Position numbers and translations under genes: made by a program | IMG/VR virus record: IMGVR_UViG_3300034095_000254 | From: a virus | Direction: 5' to 3' (one strand) | DNA length: 64,000 bases | Shown: piece by piece, positions 38,233 through 50,400 of the stretch | Position numbering within the stretch: the stretch's first letter is position 1 | Layout of the letters: each line of letters begins with the position of its first letter | The notes under the pieces: model-generated | What the model was told of the DNA's origin: nothing | What the model saw: only the letters and a program-made list of their open reading frames with translations | Database searches by the model: none

Positions 38233-41200
38233 TATACGCAGGCAAGCACACGAAGATCTTTAATTCTTGGCACTTGAGAACTATTAGAAGATTTCATAAC
38301 AATCTTAATTTGCACAGCATCAAACGCAATCAAATCATCCAGTGAATAAGAAGCATCATAGAATTGATCTTCTTGATTAGATGAAGTTATAATAGGAGAA
38401 TCTATTGTCATTTGTGAATATGAAGCATTTCCGAATGGTACATTGGAACCAACAATATTAGTTTTGTACCAAACTTCAATAGAAGCATCAGCTGGAAGAT
38501 TAGCTGCAAATTTAACTCTTAGATAATTAGAGTGCGCTGCTAGATTAACTCTCTTAGTCACATATTTACTATATGTAGAACTTTCTGAAGGAGCATTTTC
38601 AGATGCAAATCTTTCTCTTTGAGTTATTGTTACATTACCAGTAACTGCTGTTGGTGCAGAGTCCAATGTGATAGAAGTACCATCTGCAGCAACCGCTGTA
38701 ATTAACTTAGTGCTTGTTCCAGAACTTGCGCCAGCGATAGTAAGATACTTACCAACAGTGGCAGTTTTAAATGCATCTTGCGCAGGAGCAATGTATGCGG
38801 TATATGTCAAGCCAGTAGGTGTACCAGAAGTAGTAACAATAGCAACATCAGCAGTAGTTTTTAAAGTAAACCCAGTCACAGAAGAACCGCTACCAGTAAT
38901 GGCAGAAACTTGATATTGTGTACCAGTTGCATAACCAGTAATAGTACCAGTACCACCTAGTGTACCAGTGATGGTAATTCTACTACCAACCACTAATGTA
39001 GTTGCAGTACAAGTAAATTGACCAGCAGTGCCAGAGATAGCAACACCAGATAAAGTCGCTGGCGAAGCAACTGCACTAGCTGCAGTTACAATAGTACTAC
39101 CACTAATGCTTATTGTAGGACTGTTACTTATTAATACATTGTAATCTAAAGAAGCCACATTGAGATTAGTCTCTGATGGATTATTAACTTTATTTCCAAT
39201 AGCAATCAAACTTGTTCTATGAGTATCAATAATTGGTGATAATGCGTCATTTGAACTGCTCATAACAATGTTAAATTTAACTGATTTATCACCACTTAAT
39301 CCAAATACAGCATCAGCTTCATTTTGTTCAGAAGCAATCATCTTCGGTATACCGAAATAGTTAGTCTCATTTGCTAACACACCACTATAAACAGTATCTT
39401 GAACATAAGCTACTTGTGAAGTTGAATCAACGGATTTACCAGTAACACCTTGAATTCCAAAACTAATTGGAGTTTCAGAGAAAGATTGTAGTTGAACTAA
39501 TGGTTGAACTGCATCATACTGAATGTGTCTTGTTGCCTTAACTACAGAACCACCACCATATCCAGATGCCGTTGCATTTGAAGCAAGTGTAATACAATAG
39601 CTGTCCAAATCAACATCACTAATTGTATGAGTTGTATTAAATCCTGCAAAAGCAATACCATTGACATCGGCAGAAACACCACTAATAGTTACATAAGAAC
39701 CAGATGGGATACCATGATTGTCTTGCCAGACACGAACTTTAGCAACTCCTGCTCGAGTTTCGAATGGATTAACACCTAATGTAACTTTTGATAAAGCATC
39801 ATTTGTGTACTCAATATTAGAATTAACACCAGTTTCGAACTGACAACGATAAATTGTAAACTTCAAATCTTGAGTTTGATCTGCTGTCCAAGTAGAAGCA
39901 TTTTGAGATTTAAACAATGATCCAAGATATGGTTGTTCAGAAATAGTACGAGCAGTTCCAGGCATTTGATCACCCACTTGAGAAATCCAAACTTTATAGT
40001 TGTTTGAATCTGACGCTAACACGATAGCGTACTCAGTATTTTCCTGAACATAAACTGGGCTAGGGAATGTGAATGTAGTTGGTGTATTATAAGAAGGTAT
40101 ATCTACACCATCTAATAATACTGTTGTCTCAGAAAGATTTATAGATTCTGGTTTTAATGTAACACGGGAGAACGGTAAAACTCGTTTTCCTGGATATCCA
40201 TTAACTACCTCACGAATTTCTAATGTAGCTGGGATTGCAGTATCTTTAGATGCAAAGAATACATCAACTTTAGATAAGAAGCAACCACCCTTTTGTTCGA
40301 TTAAGAATGTTTGTGCAAGAGGATCCCACCAACCAGTATCAGCAACAACTCGGTCAGAAGTTTGAGTAATAACTTGGTTATCCTCAAGTGGTTCTTGCGC
40401 TAGTTCTGCATTACGAACAGCATGCACTGTTCTTTGTTTAGTTTCAAGAATACCCTCTGCACGATAATTTGCTCTTGCACGAGAAGTAAACGCTCCAGTT
40501 GCAGTGGTTACATCTACCAGTTTTAATTCACGACTACCACAACGGAATCTTAATTGTTCATTATTTGGAATATTGAATAGTAAATTTAACTCGCCATTGA
40601 AGTTAGAGATTAAAGTGCTACCAAGTGCCTTAGTTGTAATTGTTCCAACTGTTCCAGATGCAGCAGTAGGATAACCTAATGGATTTGATGCAGTAATTGT
40701 TTCGCTAGCAGAGAATGTACCCTGAATATTAACTACGAATAATGCATATGTGCCAGCGTCTGGGTTGTATTCTTTACCAACAACAACAGCAGTTGCAGCA
40801 GAAGTTCCACCAGTAATAATATCACCACGATTTAAACAAACCTGTGAGTCGCCATCAACTCTTCGTGCAGCTGCAGTAGCATTGGAACCAACATTAGTAT
40901 CAGTATCAAATTTATTATGTGTTATTAATTTTGCTGCAGCAGTTGCTCCAGTAGGAGTATATGCAATCTTAGAAGCTGGTGTGCAATAAGCAGAAATATC
41001 AATACCATCAAAGAATGGATAGAAACGAGTGCTTGGTTTTAATTTTTGAATTTGAACAAGAATGTTTCTTGAACGAATATAAGGAATAGCTGCAGTTGAT
41101 AGAACACGATCGCCAACAACTTGTCTGTCAATTTTCTCAACTAGAGTAGTTTTGATACCTGTTCTGTTTTGTCCAACTTGAGTAGCAGTTTGTTCTACTG

Positions 41201-44200
41201 TAACTTGACGAGCATTATCATGACGCCCAACACCACCAAAACGAGCATTTATTTCAGCAACAGAAATTCTAACTTGTCCGTGTCCAGATGCCCAGTTAGT
41301 ACCTGCTGTATATACTACACGACCAGTGCTAACTGGTGCACCAGTCCACTGTGTTTGCCATGCATTCCATACAGTTCCAAGAACACCAGCTTTCTCAGCA
41401 ATGTTTTTGATTGTGTTAAAGTTTCCTTCAACATCAATCACTAAATCTGGACGACGATCTGTTTCAAACCAATCGTCAGAAGATGGATTAATTTTAACAT
41501 CACCAAGGAATGTAAATACAGCGAATGGATTAATGTTTTCTAAACGAGAAGCATACGCTTGTGTAATAATTGGTAGATGATTAACAACAGGTAATGTAAT
41601 AACATCACCATATAATTTGTAATTTGCATCACCACGATCACTATCAGAAGAGACAGCTTCAATTAAATTTACATTTTGCATTGTGTAGAATGGACGCAGT
41701 TCTGCTCGCTCCATGTCAATTGAATTTAAATAATCAGGCGATGTTGTGTCACCTGTATTATGTCCAGAAAAATTATCTACAATAAAGCCATTTTTAAATC
41801 TGTCTAAACCATTACTGTCTATAACATTTAAAGATTCTGTCTGTTGTTCTAGCAATGATAGTGATGTGTAGTATTCTAGGTTATCAATTCGTTTTTCTAG
41901 TTTACCGATATCACGCATAGTGTATCGTTTATTATCAATTCTATTTACTTGCACATTATTGTTTAATGTACCAAAAGTGTATGGCTCTAATGTTAGATTA
42001 TAGAGAACAAGACCAAGAGTTGGGTCTAATGGCTCTCCTGGATTTAAAGATGACACACCATTAATAGCAAAGAAGGTTCCACCAAAGTCTACAGCAATCT
42101 TAGTTTTTCTTGCTAGGTAGTATTCAAAATCAGTTGTAATATCAATACCACGCTTTGGTAGTAATGTCACAGAAGGATTTGTGCCAGTATATCCTGTCCC
42201 CTCGTCGTCAATCTTTGGTCTAAAGTCAATAACATCTCGTAAAGCAGTACCTTGGAAATAAGGTAGAGCACCATACTGAATAGATGCTGGGTATGAATCT
42301 TTAGTAAAATAATCACCAGTACCGTGAGTGAAATAATCAAATGTCACTTCAACAGGTGCTTCTGGTGGGGCATATGAATTCTTAAGAATTAATCTTGATT
42401 GATCATAGTGAGTAGATCGTTGTCCATCATCCCAGATAAAACGATCTGAAATATCGATAGAGTAAGTAGCACCTGGAGATGCAAATGTACCAGATTTCAT
42501 TTTAACAGAAATCAAACGATATCCATCACCCTTACCGAGTTTTAATTCAGTAACTTGTGCAGTCGCTGCATTGGTAAATGTTTTAGTAGCACTCGCAACT
42601 AATGTTTTTGTTTTTTGAGTTAGTGAAGCACCACTCTTATTAACTGCTGCAATAACAAAAACTGTTTTTGTGTTATATGCGGTATCAACAGGAATTGCTG
42701 CATTTGCAGTGCCAGAAGTAAATGTACCAGTAATTGGAATAATTGCGCCACCTGTGGTAGCATCGGTATCAATAACAGTATAATTGTCGTTATCTGCAGC
42801 AGAAGCAAATGTTCCTGAAGCGGTAGAAATAGAAATAGATCCAGCAGACACGCTACTAGTAAATGTTTCATATACAGTGTAAACTGTATCGCTTATGTCT
42901 TTAATTGCGTAATATGGGAATGGGAATAGTAAAGAAGTGTGCTCTGGCTCATATAATTGAGTTTCAACTCTATCGATAGTAACACCAGTTACTGAAATTG
43001 AAGCATCTACTGTTAAAGAAATCTGGGAGGCAATTGCAGTAACTCTTCGTAGAGCAGTTCCTAAGAAAACATAGTCACCAACTCTAAGATCTGTTTGGAA
43101 AGAAGTTCCAGCACCAGTAATTGTAGTCGATGCCGATGCTGTAGCAGAACCGATTAAACGAACTAATGTTCCAGGACCACCACCAACTGTAAGGATAGTT
43201 CTAGCAGTACTTTCAATATCAGCAGTAAAGTTTAAGTTAGCGTCTGCACTAGATCCAACATGATAAACTGATTTAACATCCCTATTAAAGTCATAGCCAG
43301 ATGCCATCTGGACATCAAACAAACCTAATTTATAGACAGCAGTTTGTGCACCAATAGTTCCATTATGATATTCCATAAAACGAACACGAGCAGTTCCAAC
43401 TGCAGTTCCACTAGTTGGAATTACTCCAACTGAAGATGTCACTCTATTGTACAGAGTGACTTGTTTTAATGTATTGATTCCTGGAACACCATTAACATTA
43501 GTGACTAAAAGATAGTTACCAACTGTGGTAGGAATAACTGCATTATCAACTGCGACAAAATCTCTGGCTTTTTGAACTGTTACATATTCAGTGGCAGGTT
43601 TTTCAATTTCATAACCTTGCACATACGCTTTTCCTGGTTCTAAACCAATTGCCAATTGTGCTTCATTACCCTGTTGTGTTCCAAGATTTTCTGAAGTACC
43701 TGGAGTATAAACACCACGATTGTAGTATGGAGTTTCGTTATATTCCCATTGAATACCTGAAGTACCAACACCTGCAACAGATCCGTCATAAACAAGACCA
43801 GCAGTATGAGTTGGTGGAGTGCTACTAGAAGAAGTACCATTATTCTTTGCGACATATATGTAACCACCATTGGTTACCACATCGCCATTTAAGTACACAC
43901 GACCTGTCGTCCAAGCACCACGATTATTATTTCTATACTCACGAACATCGATTTCAAAATTCTTAACTGTGTAGTTACCTGACTCATCATATGTTCTATG
44001 AGCAAATTCTTTTTCAAGATATGAATATTCTGATTTATCAACTACCTTTTGAGTTTGTCCAGCACTGACACGGAGTAATTCAATGAAATCTGTATCGCTT
44101 GTACTATCTGATGCAAGTTTAGTTAATACGGCATCGATGTAGTAACGATGAGCACCTGGAGCAGCATAGTTAAATGAGTTTTGTGCATTATCAAAAAGAG

Positions 44201-44882
44201 TTCCGTCTTCTTCTGCAGTAACGATATCTTCAGAAGTAACTAAACCAATTCTATAAGATGGAGTATTTGTAAATTTGTCAAGGATAATTGTTTGCTCTGG
44301 GACTAGAACAAAATGTCCTTTAATGTAGTAAACACCTTGTTGAATAGTAGCTAAAGAACCAGTTCCAGTAGCAGAAGATGTTGCAGCTTGAACTGTAAAT
44401 TGTCCTGCTGTAATTTCAGTACCAGCAGAGTTTGTGCCAGCAAGGTTTGTTAAAATGTCTGAATTTGAGAATGTTTTAGTGGTGTTATTATCACCAGAAT
44501 TTAAATAACGAACGAATAATGCTGCAGAATCAGCACCACCAGAAACAGTATAATAAAGTACCTGAGCCTGAACACCTGCTGCATTTTCAATGATTAAACC
44601 ATTAAATTTAGCCACAACAGTATCGGCAAGAACAGCACTATATGTTGCTTCTAATTTAACATACGCAATTTTAGTGTCAATACCGATAGCACCTGGAATA
44701 ACCATGGAGCCTTCTTTAAATACATGATCACCAAAACGAGAAATCTGATTTTGCAGAATGGTCTGCATTTGAGTTAACTCTCGTGCTTGGACAGCATATC
44801 CTGGGCGATAAAGAATCTTCAAGAATCTTTTTGATTCGTTGAAATCGTCGTAATACGGTTCGGTGTTAAAATCAATAGCCAT
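38232..44882 (-). CDS. Very large virion structural protein (DUF4815 / VrlC-like)
   Basis: PYYDDF...RPGYAVQARELTQMQTILQNQ, RTYDESGNY, YTMRDIGKLEKRI, DPLAQTF and GSLFKSQNASTW; ends PRIKDLRVLA. Confidence 0.85.
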   Translation of the reverse strand: MAIDFNTEPYYDDFNESKRFLKILYRPGYAVQARELTQMQTILQNQISRFGDHVFKEGSMVIPGAIGIDTKIAYVKLEATYSAVLADTVVAKFNGLIIENAAGVQAQVLYYTVSGGADSAALFVRYLNSGDNNTTKTFSNSDILTNLAGTNSAGTEITAGQFTVQAATSSATGTGSLATIQQGVYYIKGHFVLVPEQTIILDKFTNTPSYRIGLVTSEDIVTAEEDGTLFDNAQNSFNYAAPGAHRYYIDAVLTKLASDSTSDTDFIELLRVSAGQTQKVVDKSEYSYLEKEFAHRTYDESGNYTVKNFEIDVREYRNNNRGAWTTGRVYLNGDVVTNGGYIYVAKNNGTSSSSTPPTHTAGLVYDGSVAGVGTSGIQWEYNETPYYNRGVYTPGTSENLGTQQGNEAQLAIGLEPGKAYVQGYEIEKPATEYVTVQKARDFVAVDNAVIPTTVGNYLLVTNVNGVPGINTLKQVTLYNRVTSSVGVIPTSGTAVGTARVRFMEYHNGTIGAQTAVYKLGLFDVQMASGYDFNRDVKSVYHVGSSADANLNFTADIESTARTILTVGGGPGTLVRLIGSATASASTTITGAGTSFQTDLRVGDYVFLGTALRRVTAIASQISLTVDASISVTGVTIDRVETQLYEPEHTSLLFPFPYYAIKDISDTVYTVYETFTSSVSAGSISISTASGTFASAADNDNYTVIDTDATTGGAIIPITGTFTSGTANAAIPVDTAYNTKTVFVIAAVNKSGASLTQKTKTLVASATKTFTNAATAQVTELKLGKGDGYRLISVKMKSGTFASPGATYSIDISDRFIWDDGQRSTHYDQSRLILKNSYAPPEAPVEVTFDYFTHGTGDYFTKDSYPASIQYGALPYFQGTALRDVIDFRPKIDDEGTGYTGTNPSVTLLPKRGIDITTDFEYYLARKTKIAVDFGGTFFAINGVSSLNPGEPLDPTLGLVLYNLTLEPYTFGTLNNNVQVNRIDNKRYTMRDIGKLEKRIDNLEYYTSLSLLEQQTESLNVIDSNGLDRFKNGFIVDNFSGHNTGDTTSPDYLNSIDMERAELRPFYTMQNVNLIEAVSSDSDRGDANYKLYGDVITLPVVNHLPIITQAYASRLENINPFAVFTFLGDVKINPSSDDWFETDRRPDLVIDVEGNFNTIKNIAEKAGVLGTVWNAWQTQWTGAPVSTGRVVYTAGTNWASGHGQVRISVAEINARFGGVGRHDNARQVTVEQTATQVGQNRTGIKTTLVEKIDRQVVGDRVLSTAAIPYIRSRNILVQIQKLKPSTRFYPFFDGIDISAYCTPASKIAYTPTGATAAAKLITHNKFDTDTNVGSNATAAARRVDGDSQVCLNRGDIITGGTSAATAVVVGKEYNPDAGTYALFVVNIQGTFSASETITASNPLGYPTAASGTVGTITTKALGSTLISNFNGELNLLFNIPNNEQLRFRCGSRELKLVDVTTATGAFTSRARANYRAEGILETKQRTVHAVRNAELAQEPLEDNQVITQTSDRVVADTGWWDPLAQTFLIEQKGGCFLSKVDVFFASKDTAIPATLEIREVVNGYPGKRVLPFSRVTLKPESINLSETTVLLDGVDIPSYNTPTTFTFPSPVYVQENTEYAIVLASDSNNYKVWISQVGDQMPGTARTISEQPYLGSLFKSQNASTWTADQTQDLKFTIYRCQFETGVNSNIEYTNDALSKVTLGVNPFETRAGVAKVRVWQDNHGIPSGSYVTISGVSADVNGIAFAGFNTTHTISDVDLDSYCITLASNATASGYGGGSVVKATRHIQYDAVQPLVQLQSFSETPISFGIQGVTGKSVDSTSQVAYVQDTVYSGVLANETNYFGIPKMIASEQNEADAVFGLSGDKSVKFNIVMSSSNDALSPIIDTHRTSLIAIGNKVNNPSETNLNVASLDYNVLISNSPTISISGSTIVTAASAVASPATLSGVAISGTAGQFTCTATTLVVGSRITITGTLGGTGTITGYATGTQYQVSAITGSGSSVTGFTLKTTADVAIVTTSGTPTGLTYTAYIAPAQDAFKTATVGKYLTIAGASSGTSTKLITAVAADGTSITLDSAPTAVTGNVTITQRERFASENAPSESSTYSKYVTKRVNLAAHSNYLRVKFAANLPADASIEVWYKTNIVGSNVPFGNASYSQMTIDSPIITSSNQEDQFYDASYSLDDLIAFDAVQIKIVMKSSNSSQVPRIKDLRVLACV
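38802..39062 (-). repeat. 261-bp in-frame module, copy 2 (in the 2216-aa protein)
   Basis: Encodes PATLSGVAISGTAGQFTC...TTSGTPTGLTY. Confidence 0.9.
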
Positions 44883-44920
44883 TCGTAGTTTTCTCTTTAG
44901 TTGTTTCTAATCTATTTATG

Positions 44921-47900
44921 TTAGAATCTGATAACTGTTCTTAAAGTAACTGTTTCATCCGCTGAAGGTGTAAACCCAGCCTTGTTGTCAATAAACATTA
45001 ACTGACCAGAATATTTATCTATTGTTGGAGCACCCACTGATGTTATGATAAAAGTAGATCCAGCAGCATTTGAAAAAGTATCATTGACTAATGGTATATC
45101 GTTATCTAATGACTGCAGTAATGCACTAGTTGCAGAAGAAGCCACTACACGATATCTTCTATCAAAGGGATCTCCACCAACAGTTCTTGTAACTGTCACA
45201 TCAGTATCTCTTGGAAACTGAGTAGTATTAACTGTTGCTTGAACAATAAAACATCCTGAACCGATAGTTCCTTGGAATCTTTGGTCAGAGTTATATTGGT
45301 TTGGATTTTTAATAATACCTAACTGACGATAGTCGTTGTTTACAGAAACACCCTGATTTAAGTCAGTTGATACATTGCTGTAAAACATTAAAGTTTCAGC
45401 AAATAATTCATTTGGAGCATTTTTACCATGTCCACCAAAAGGAGGCATAATTGCTCTAAGGTTGGCACCATATCCGTTACCTGTTACAACAACATTGGCA
45501 AAGGAATAATTTTGTCCTGGATTTGTGATATTAATTTTAGTAATTTTTCCAGAGGCAGAATCAAGTGTACTCGTAGCTGTAGCACCTGTTCCGTCACCTT
45601 GTATTTCAATATCTGCCACACCGTAACCATATCCACCAGAAATAATTTTAATGGCATTGATAGTTCCAGGTGAAGTTAAAATTTCATTATTTGCCTGAAG
45701 AGATTGGATTGTTCCAATGTTAAGATCTGCCTTTAGTGCAGCATTAGTTCCGTCACCAGTAACTGCAATAGTTGCAGTTGAATATCCAATACCTGAATTC
45801 TCAACAATAACTGCGACTATTTGACCACCCTCAATTACTGGTAGCAATTTTGCTTCAGATTTTGCTGTTAGAAAAGATAATTCTGCTGCAGCAGTTCCTG
45901 CTCGACCAGCATCAGTGATAGCAATAGCAGGTGCTGCGGAATAGCCAGATCCAAATTTACGAGAAACTTCACCAGTCGCTGGGACACCTGCATATGTTAA
46001 TGCAGCTGGGACACCAAGATATAATAAATCAGCAGTTCCATTAGTTACAGTTCCAGTAGTATGTGACGGAACTGTGGAAGCATGCGTTGTACCTGCAGTT
46101 GTAACTTTATACAATCTACCAGAAACATGGACAGTGCTATTTAAAGCCAACGCAGTTGATGCTGCAAAAGCTGGAGAGTTTGTTGCTGTTCCAGATGTAT
46201 GAGATGGTGCTACTGAGCCAAAAAATCCAGCAGTAGATACAGTGTATAACCTACCAGACTGAAAATATTGTTCGCCAATTAATACTGCTGATAACGCACT
46301 CCACGCAGTACCAAAGGTTACTGTTGGATCAGTAGTATAATTATCACCCGCATTTGATACAGTACAATATAATATTGAACCAGAACTCATTTTTGCAGTG
46401 GCTACTGCCCCTGATCCACCACCACCAGAAAATGTTATTGCTGGAGCAGAGGTATATCCAGATCCAGCATTAATAATATTAACTTCTTTAACACCACCAA
46501 GTAATGTTATACCACTAATAGATTTAAAAGAAGCTGTACCAGATCCAGATCCAGCACCAGTAGCAGTGAAAGTTGCACCCACCACTGGCTGACCAGTTAT
46601 TGTAGTTGAGGATACTGTTTGTGACGCACTAACTGTATAGGTTCCAACTCCGCCAGTGCCAGTACCAAGAACAGTAATATTAGTTCCTGCAGTAACACCA
46701 GTTCCAGTGATATAAGTACCAACAGCTAATGTTCCAGAAGCCACTGCAGAAACAGTTAAAGTAGTTCCAGAAATTGCTCCAGTCACTACTGCACTTGCAG
46801 TTCCACCAATTGTGACAAAGTTAGTAGTTCCGAGAGAAACAATTGTATATTTTATACCAGTGGTAAATGAGCCAGCATTAACTTCGGTGCTAGATGTATT
46901 AACAGTTCCTTTAACTCTAGTTCCAAGATATTTTAGAGCAGCTGTATTATTCTGAACTGTACCTAATCTGTGTGTAGGTTCAGATGATGACATAGTTCCA
47001 GGAGTTACTACCTCATAGAAATCAAAAGCACTATTGTATAGTTTTTGTCCTAAAAATACTGCAGCAGATGAAATAAACGCAGTGGCATTTAGAGTAGGAT
47101 CACCGAATGTTACTGTTGGATTATCATAACCATTACCACCAGAAGCAACTGAAATGCTAGTTAAAAATGTTGGATCTTCTTCTCTGTATCCGTCACCAAC
47201 GACACTTATGGTCGCTGATGTATATCCAGTTCCTTTGTTATTGATAATAATGCTATCCATGGCACCATTAGAATAAAACTGATTAGATAAAGCAGAAACT
47301 ACTGGCATCTGATCTTCTGACAAAAACTTACTTCTTAAATTAATAGGAACATTATACATAAACTTCCAAACATAACCATCAGCTGCGGTTATTGGAGAAG
47401 TAGATGTACCCAATGGTTTATCAGTTGATCTAGCATTATTGTTATTATCTAAACATTTATAGACATTATAATCTTCTGTAAGAACATAATAATTACACTC
47501 TTCAAGTTTTTGTTCACCAGAAGGTGCAATGTTAAGAATTGCCTGTAGAATTGCACCTGTACCACCACCACCTGTAACAGTCACAGTTGGGGTAGAAGTA
47601 TATCCAGTTCCTCTTGAAGTATCAGATACTCCTACTACTTCAATATTAATAATCGAACCATCATAAACAATAGGGTAAAACTTAGCACCTGTTCCACCAC
47701 CACCTGTAACAGTGATAGTTGGTAGTGAAGTATAACCAGTTCCACCATTGACAATATTAATACCAAGAATCTCAGTAGAATATTCATCATCGTACATATC
47801 GTAAACTGTATTAGTAGTCCAATTTACACGAGGAATAACAAATGATACATCAGATGGTGTAATCGCTTTCATAGTGATAATATCACCACGAACTGCTCGT

Positions 47901-48070
47901 TCGTATGCATAACTATCCACTGGATATGGTGGTGCAGCCTCATCGCTCCATTGCAATGTTTTACCGAGGAAGTAGTAGTAATTACTACTTCTGGTTGTTA
48001 CATCCTTGTAAACACCCTCTGCAAGAGTTTTATGCAGGATTGTTTTAATTAGAGAAGATGATGTCGCCAT
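44921..48070 (-). CDS. gp8: Baseplate wedge subunit (gp8-like) with many inserted beta modules
   Basis: [38 protein letters not shown] and [11 protein letters not shown]. Confidence 0.85.
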   Translation of the reverse strand: MATSSSLIKTILHKTLAEGVYKDVTTRSSNYYYFLGKTLQWSDEAAPPYPVDSYAYERAVRGDIITMKAITPSDVSFVIPRVNWTTNTVYDMYDDEYSTEILGINIVNGGTGYTSLPTITVTGGGGTGAKFYPIVYDGSIINIEVVGVSDTSRGTGYTSTPTVTVTGGGGTGAILQAILNIAPSGEQKLEECNYYVLTEDYNVYKCLDNNNNARSTDKPLGTSTSPITAADGYVWKFMYNVPINLRSKFLSEDQMPVVSALSNQFYSNGAMDSIIINNKGTGYTSATISVVGDGYREEDPTFLTSISVASGGNGYDNPTVTFGDPTLNATAFISSAAVFLGQKLYNSAFDFYEVVTPGTMSSSEPTHRLGTVQNNTAALKYLGTRVKGTVNTSSTEVNAGSFTTGIKYTIVSLGTTNFVTIGGTASAVVTGAISGTTLTVSAVASGTLAVGTYITGTGVTAGTNITVLGTGTGGVGTYTVSASQTVSSTTITGQPVVGATFTATGAGSGSGTASFKSISGITLLGGVKEVNIINAGSGYTSAPAITFSGGGGSGAVATAKMSSGSILYCTVSNAGDNYTTDPTVTFGTAWSALSAVLIGEQYFQSGRLYTVSTAGFFGSVAPSHTSGTATNSPAFAASTALALNSTVHVSGRLYKVTTAGTTHASTVPSHTTGTVTNGTADLLYLGVPAALTYAGVPATGEVSRKFGSGYSAAPAIAITDAGRAGTAAAELSFLTAKSEAKLLPVIEGGQIVAVIVENSGIGYSTATIAVTGDGTNAALKADLNIGTIQSLQANNEILTSPGTINAIKIISGGYGYGVADIEIQGDGTGATATSTLDSASGKITKINITNPGQNYSFANVVVTGNGYGANLRAIMPPFGGHGKNAPNELFAETLMFYSNVSTDLNQGVSVNNDYRQLGIIKNPNQYNSDQRFQGTIGSGCFIVQATVNTTQFPRDTDVTVTRTVGGDPFDRRYRVVASSATSALLQSLDNDIPLVNDTFSNAAGSTFIITSVGAPTIDKYSGQLMFIDNKAGFTPSADETVTLRTVIRF

Positions 48071-48092
48071 TTAGCAGAACCTTAAACTTAAA

Positions 48093-48548
48093 TTAACTTA
48101 CTGTCACTACCCATGTCACAGCGATTGTGTCGCCAGATCCCTTTGTCACAACTGGGAATGTAGTACGGCAAAGCATAGTACCACCTGAAGAAGCGTTAAA
48201 AACAGCTGCCTCAGTAATAGCACCATCACCAGTACCAGCTGGGAATGAAGCAGTATATGTGATTGTGTTTGTAGAAACTGTATTACCTGATAGTGATACA
48301 CGACCAGTTTGAGTACCCAATGTAGTATCACTGGCACCTGGAGTAGAAGAACCAGTGCCAATACCCATGTGAGTCATTGCAGCTGGGCTGTTAGTTGTTG
48401 TTTTAATCATTGACGAAGCAATGAAGTTTTTACCTGATGTTACAACTAAGTTAGGCACTTCAAAATCTTGTGTTGTTACACCTTGTGCATTAGTTTTAAC
48501 GATGCGAACTTTACCTGTCGCTTTTAGGTTTTCATTTTGTTGAATCAT
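48093..48548 (-). CDS. Small baseplate/tail structural protein
   Basis: Probable start MIQQNE after an AGGAG RBS; NLVVTSG...MGIGTG...ITEAAVFNA..GTMLCRT.F. Confidence 0.65.
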   Translation of the reverse strand: MIQQNENLKATGKVRIVKTNAQGVTTQDFEVPNLVVTSGKNFIASSMIKTTTNSPAAMTHMGIGTGSSTPGASDTTLGTQTGRVSLSGNTVSTNTITYTASFPAGTGDGAITEAAVFNASSGGTMLCRTTFPVVTKGSGDTIAVTWVVTVS

Positions 48549-48567
48549 AGGGATCTCCTTGTTAATT

Positions 48568-50400
48568 TTATAGAGTGCTAAAAGTGGATTCTCTTGAACC
48601 CACTGAATATTCTTCATCGAATATGATGTAATCTTGCCCATAGTAAGAATTTAACTGCACATAACCTTCATGGTCTTGTGGAGGTAATAAATCAGGATCG
48701 GCTTCTGTATATAGATATTTATCTGTGCTTAAACCAAGAGTTTCAGTAATTACTGGAATATCTGCTAATACTTTGTCAGTATCAATGGAAGAAATAGAAT
48801 CAGACCAAGTTCCTACACTGGTGGTAGCCAATGCTTTACCAAGTGAAACAACAGGTGCATCATCTGACATTCCACTATATTCAGTGCTTAATGCTTTACC
48901 GAATAATTGTACAAAACTATCTGTTGGTGTATCTATTGAGTCATCTAGTGCTTTAGAAAAGACTTGTACAAAAAGACCATCATTTGGTGTACTGATAGAA
49001 TCTGATAAAACTTTTGTAAAACTTAATGTTATTGCTCCAGTATCTACTATAGCAAAAGTATCTTCAATACCAATACCAAGAGATTTAACTAACGATTCTA
49101 AAGCGACACTTAAATTGATATTATTGGTAATATTGTACTCACCAAACAGTGCCATACCAGCTGGATGAAGCATAGTTTTTACAGCTGATTTATATGAGTC
49201 TAATCTTTCATCAATTCTTACAACATACGAGAATGCTTGATAATATTTACTGTCTTGAATAAAAATAGAATCATCTAAGAAACCTGCATTAGAAGTGAAG
49301 TATCCAGGATACCGTACAAGAGCACCGAGATTAACTTCAATAATAGCTGGATCATCAGAAGCAACTTGAGCATTTCTAAAGTTTAATGAGAACTCACGAA
49401 TAATAGAACCTGCATATGTACCATCAACGAAATCAGTAGTAACATAGTCTCCAAGGTTCACATAACCTTGTTCGTCAAATCCTACAGTTCTATCACCGAT
49501 CGCTAAATTATCTCCAGATCTACTGGATGATGCACTAGACAATAATAATTGAGCAGCATTAACAGTGTTAGATGCTAATAAACTTACAGCGAAATCTGCA
49601 TTATATCCAATACCAAATTTAATAAATTCTGCATACTTAATACCATTGTTATCATCGGTTGCAGTTACTTTTAATAAAGCACCAGTTCCAGTTCCAGATT
49701 TAACTTCAAACACCTGACCAACACGGAAGTTTTTTCCTGCCTGTGTAATTTTTGGTGTTTGAGTTGCAGGTAAAATAGTAGCTTGAAATGTATCTTTATA
49801 TTTAATTTTATCTGTTGGTTTTAAAATACCAAAGAATTTTTTATCTAAAAAGAATTCATAGATGTTACCACCAAGAGCAACAATTCGATCTACTTCACCA
49901 ACTAGGTCTTCTTTTCTATCAACAAGAACTCTAATTAGTCTTGTTGCTGTTTGAATGTCTACTAGTTTACCAACAATATCTTGAGGTTGACCAAAATCAA
50001 CTTTAGCAAAAACAGAAATTTCTTGATTCCATCTACCATCAGAAGCACGAAGCATCTGAGTACCTGGATATGTTAATTCTACTTTTTTACCAAATAATAA
50101 TCTAAACAAAAGTTTATATGACGACTCAGAACCTTTTGCAAGATATTGATCTTTAATTTTAGTTAATATAAATCTTTCATCACCTTGAATCTGCGGAAGA
50201 TTGTGTGCTAGTTCTTTTTTAAATTCAACAATAAACTGTTCAAGGGTTTGATCGATATCTCTAACTGCTGTAAGATCTACTCCTTGATCTTGTAAATACT
50301 TATAGTATGCTTCTACAAAAGCAACAAATGTTGGGTAGTCTTCCCTGATGAACTCAGGGATCTGTCTAGATACAACAGATGATAATTTGGTTCTTGACAT
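48568..50400 (-). CDS. Baseplate wedge protein (gp7-like)
   Basis: QIPEFIREDYPTFVAFVEAYY, KGSESSYKLLFRLLF, IQDSKYYQAFSY and HPAGMALFG; lies between gp6 and gp8. Confidence 0.75.
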   Translation of the reverse strand: MSRTKLSSVVSRQIPEFIREDYPTFVAFVEAYYKYLQDQGVDLTAVRDIDQTLEQFIVEFKKELAHNLPQIQGDERFILTKIKDQYLAKGSESSYKLLFRLLFGKKVELTYPGTQMLRASDGRWNQEISVFAKVDFGQPQDIVGKLVDIQTATRLIRVLVDRKEDLVGEVDRIVALGGNIYEFFLDKKFFGILKPTDKIKYKDTFQATILPATQTPKITQAGKNFRVGQVFEVKSGTGTGALLKVTATDDNNGIKYAEFIKFGIGYNADFAVSLLASNTVNAAQLLLSSASSSRSGDNLAIGDRTVGFDEQGYVNLGDYVTTDFVDGTYAGSIIREFSLNFRNAQVASDDPAIIEVNLGALVRYPGYFTSNAGFLDDSIFIQDSKYYQAFSYVVRIDERLDSYKSAVKTMLHPAGMALFGEYNITNNINLSVALESLVKSLGIGIEDTFAIVDTGAITLSFTKVLSDSISTPNDGLFVQVFSKALDDSIDTPTDSFVQLFGKALSTEYSGMSDDAPVVSLGKALATTSVGTWSDSISSIDTDKVLADIPVITETLGLSTDKYLYTEADPDLLPPQDHEGYVQLNSYYGQDYIIFDEEYSVGSRESTFSTL

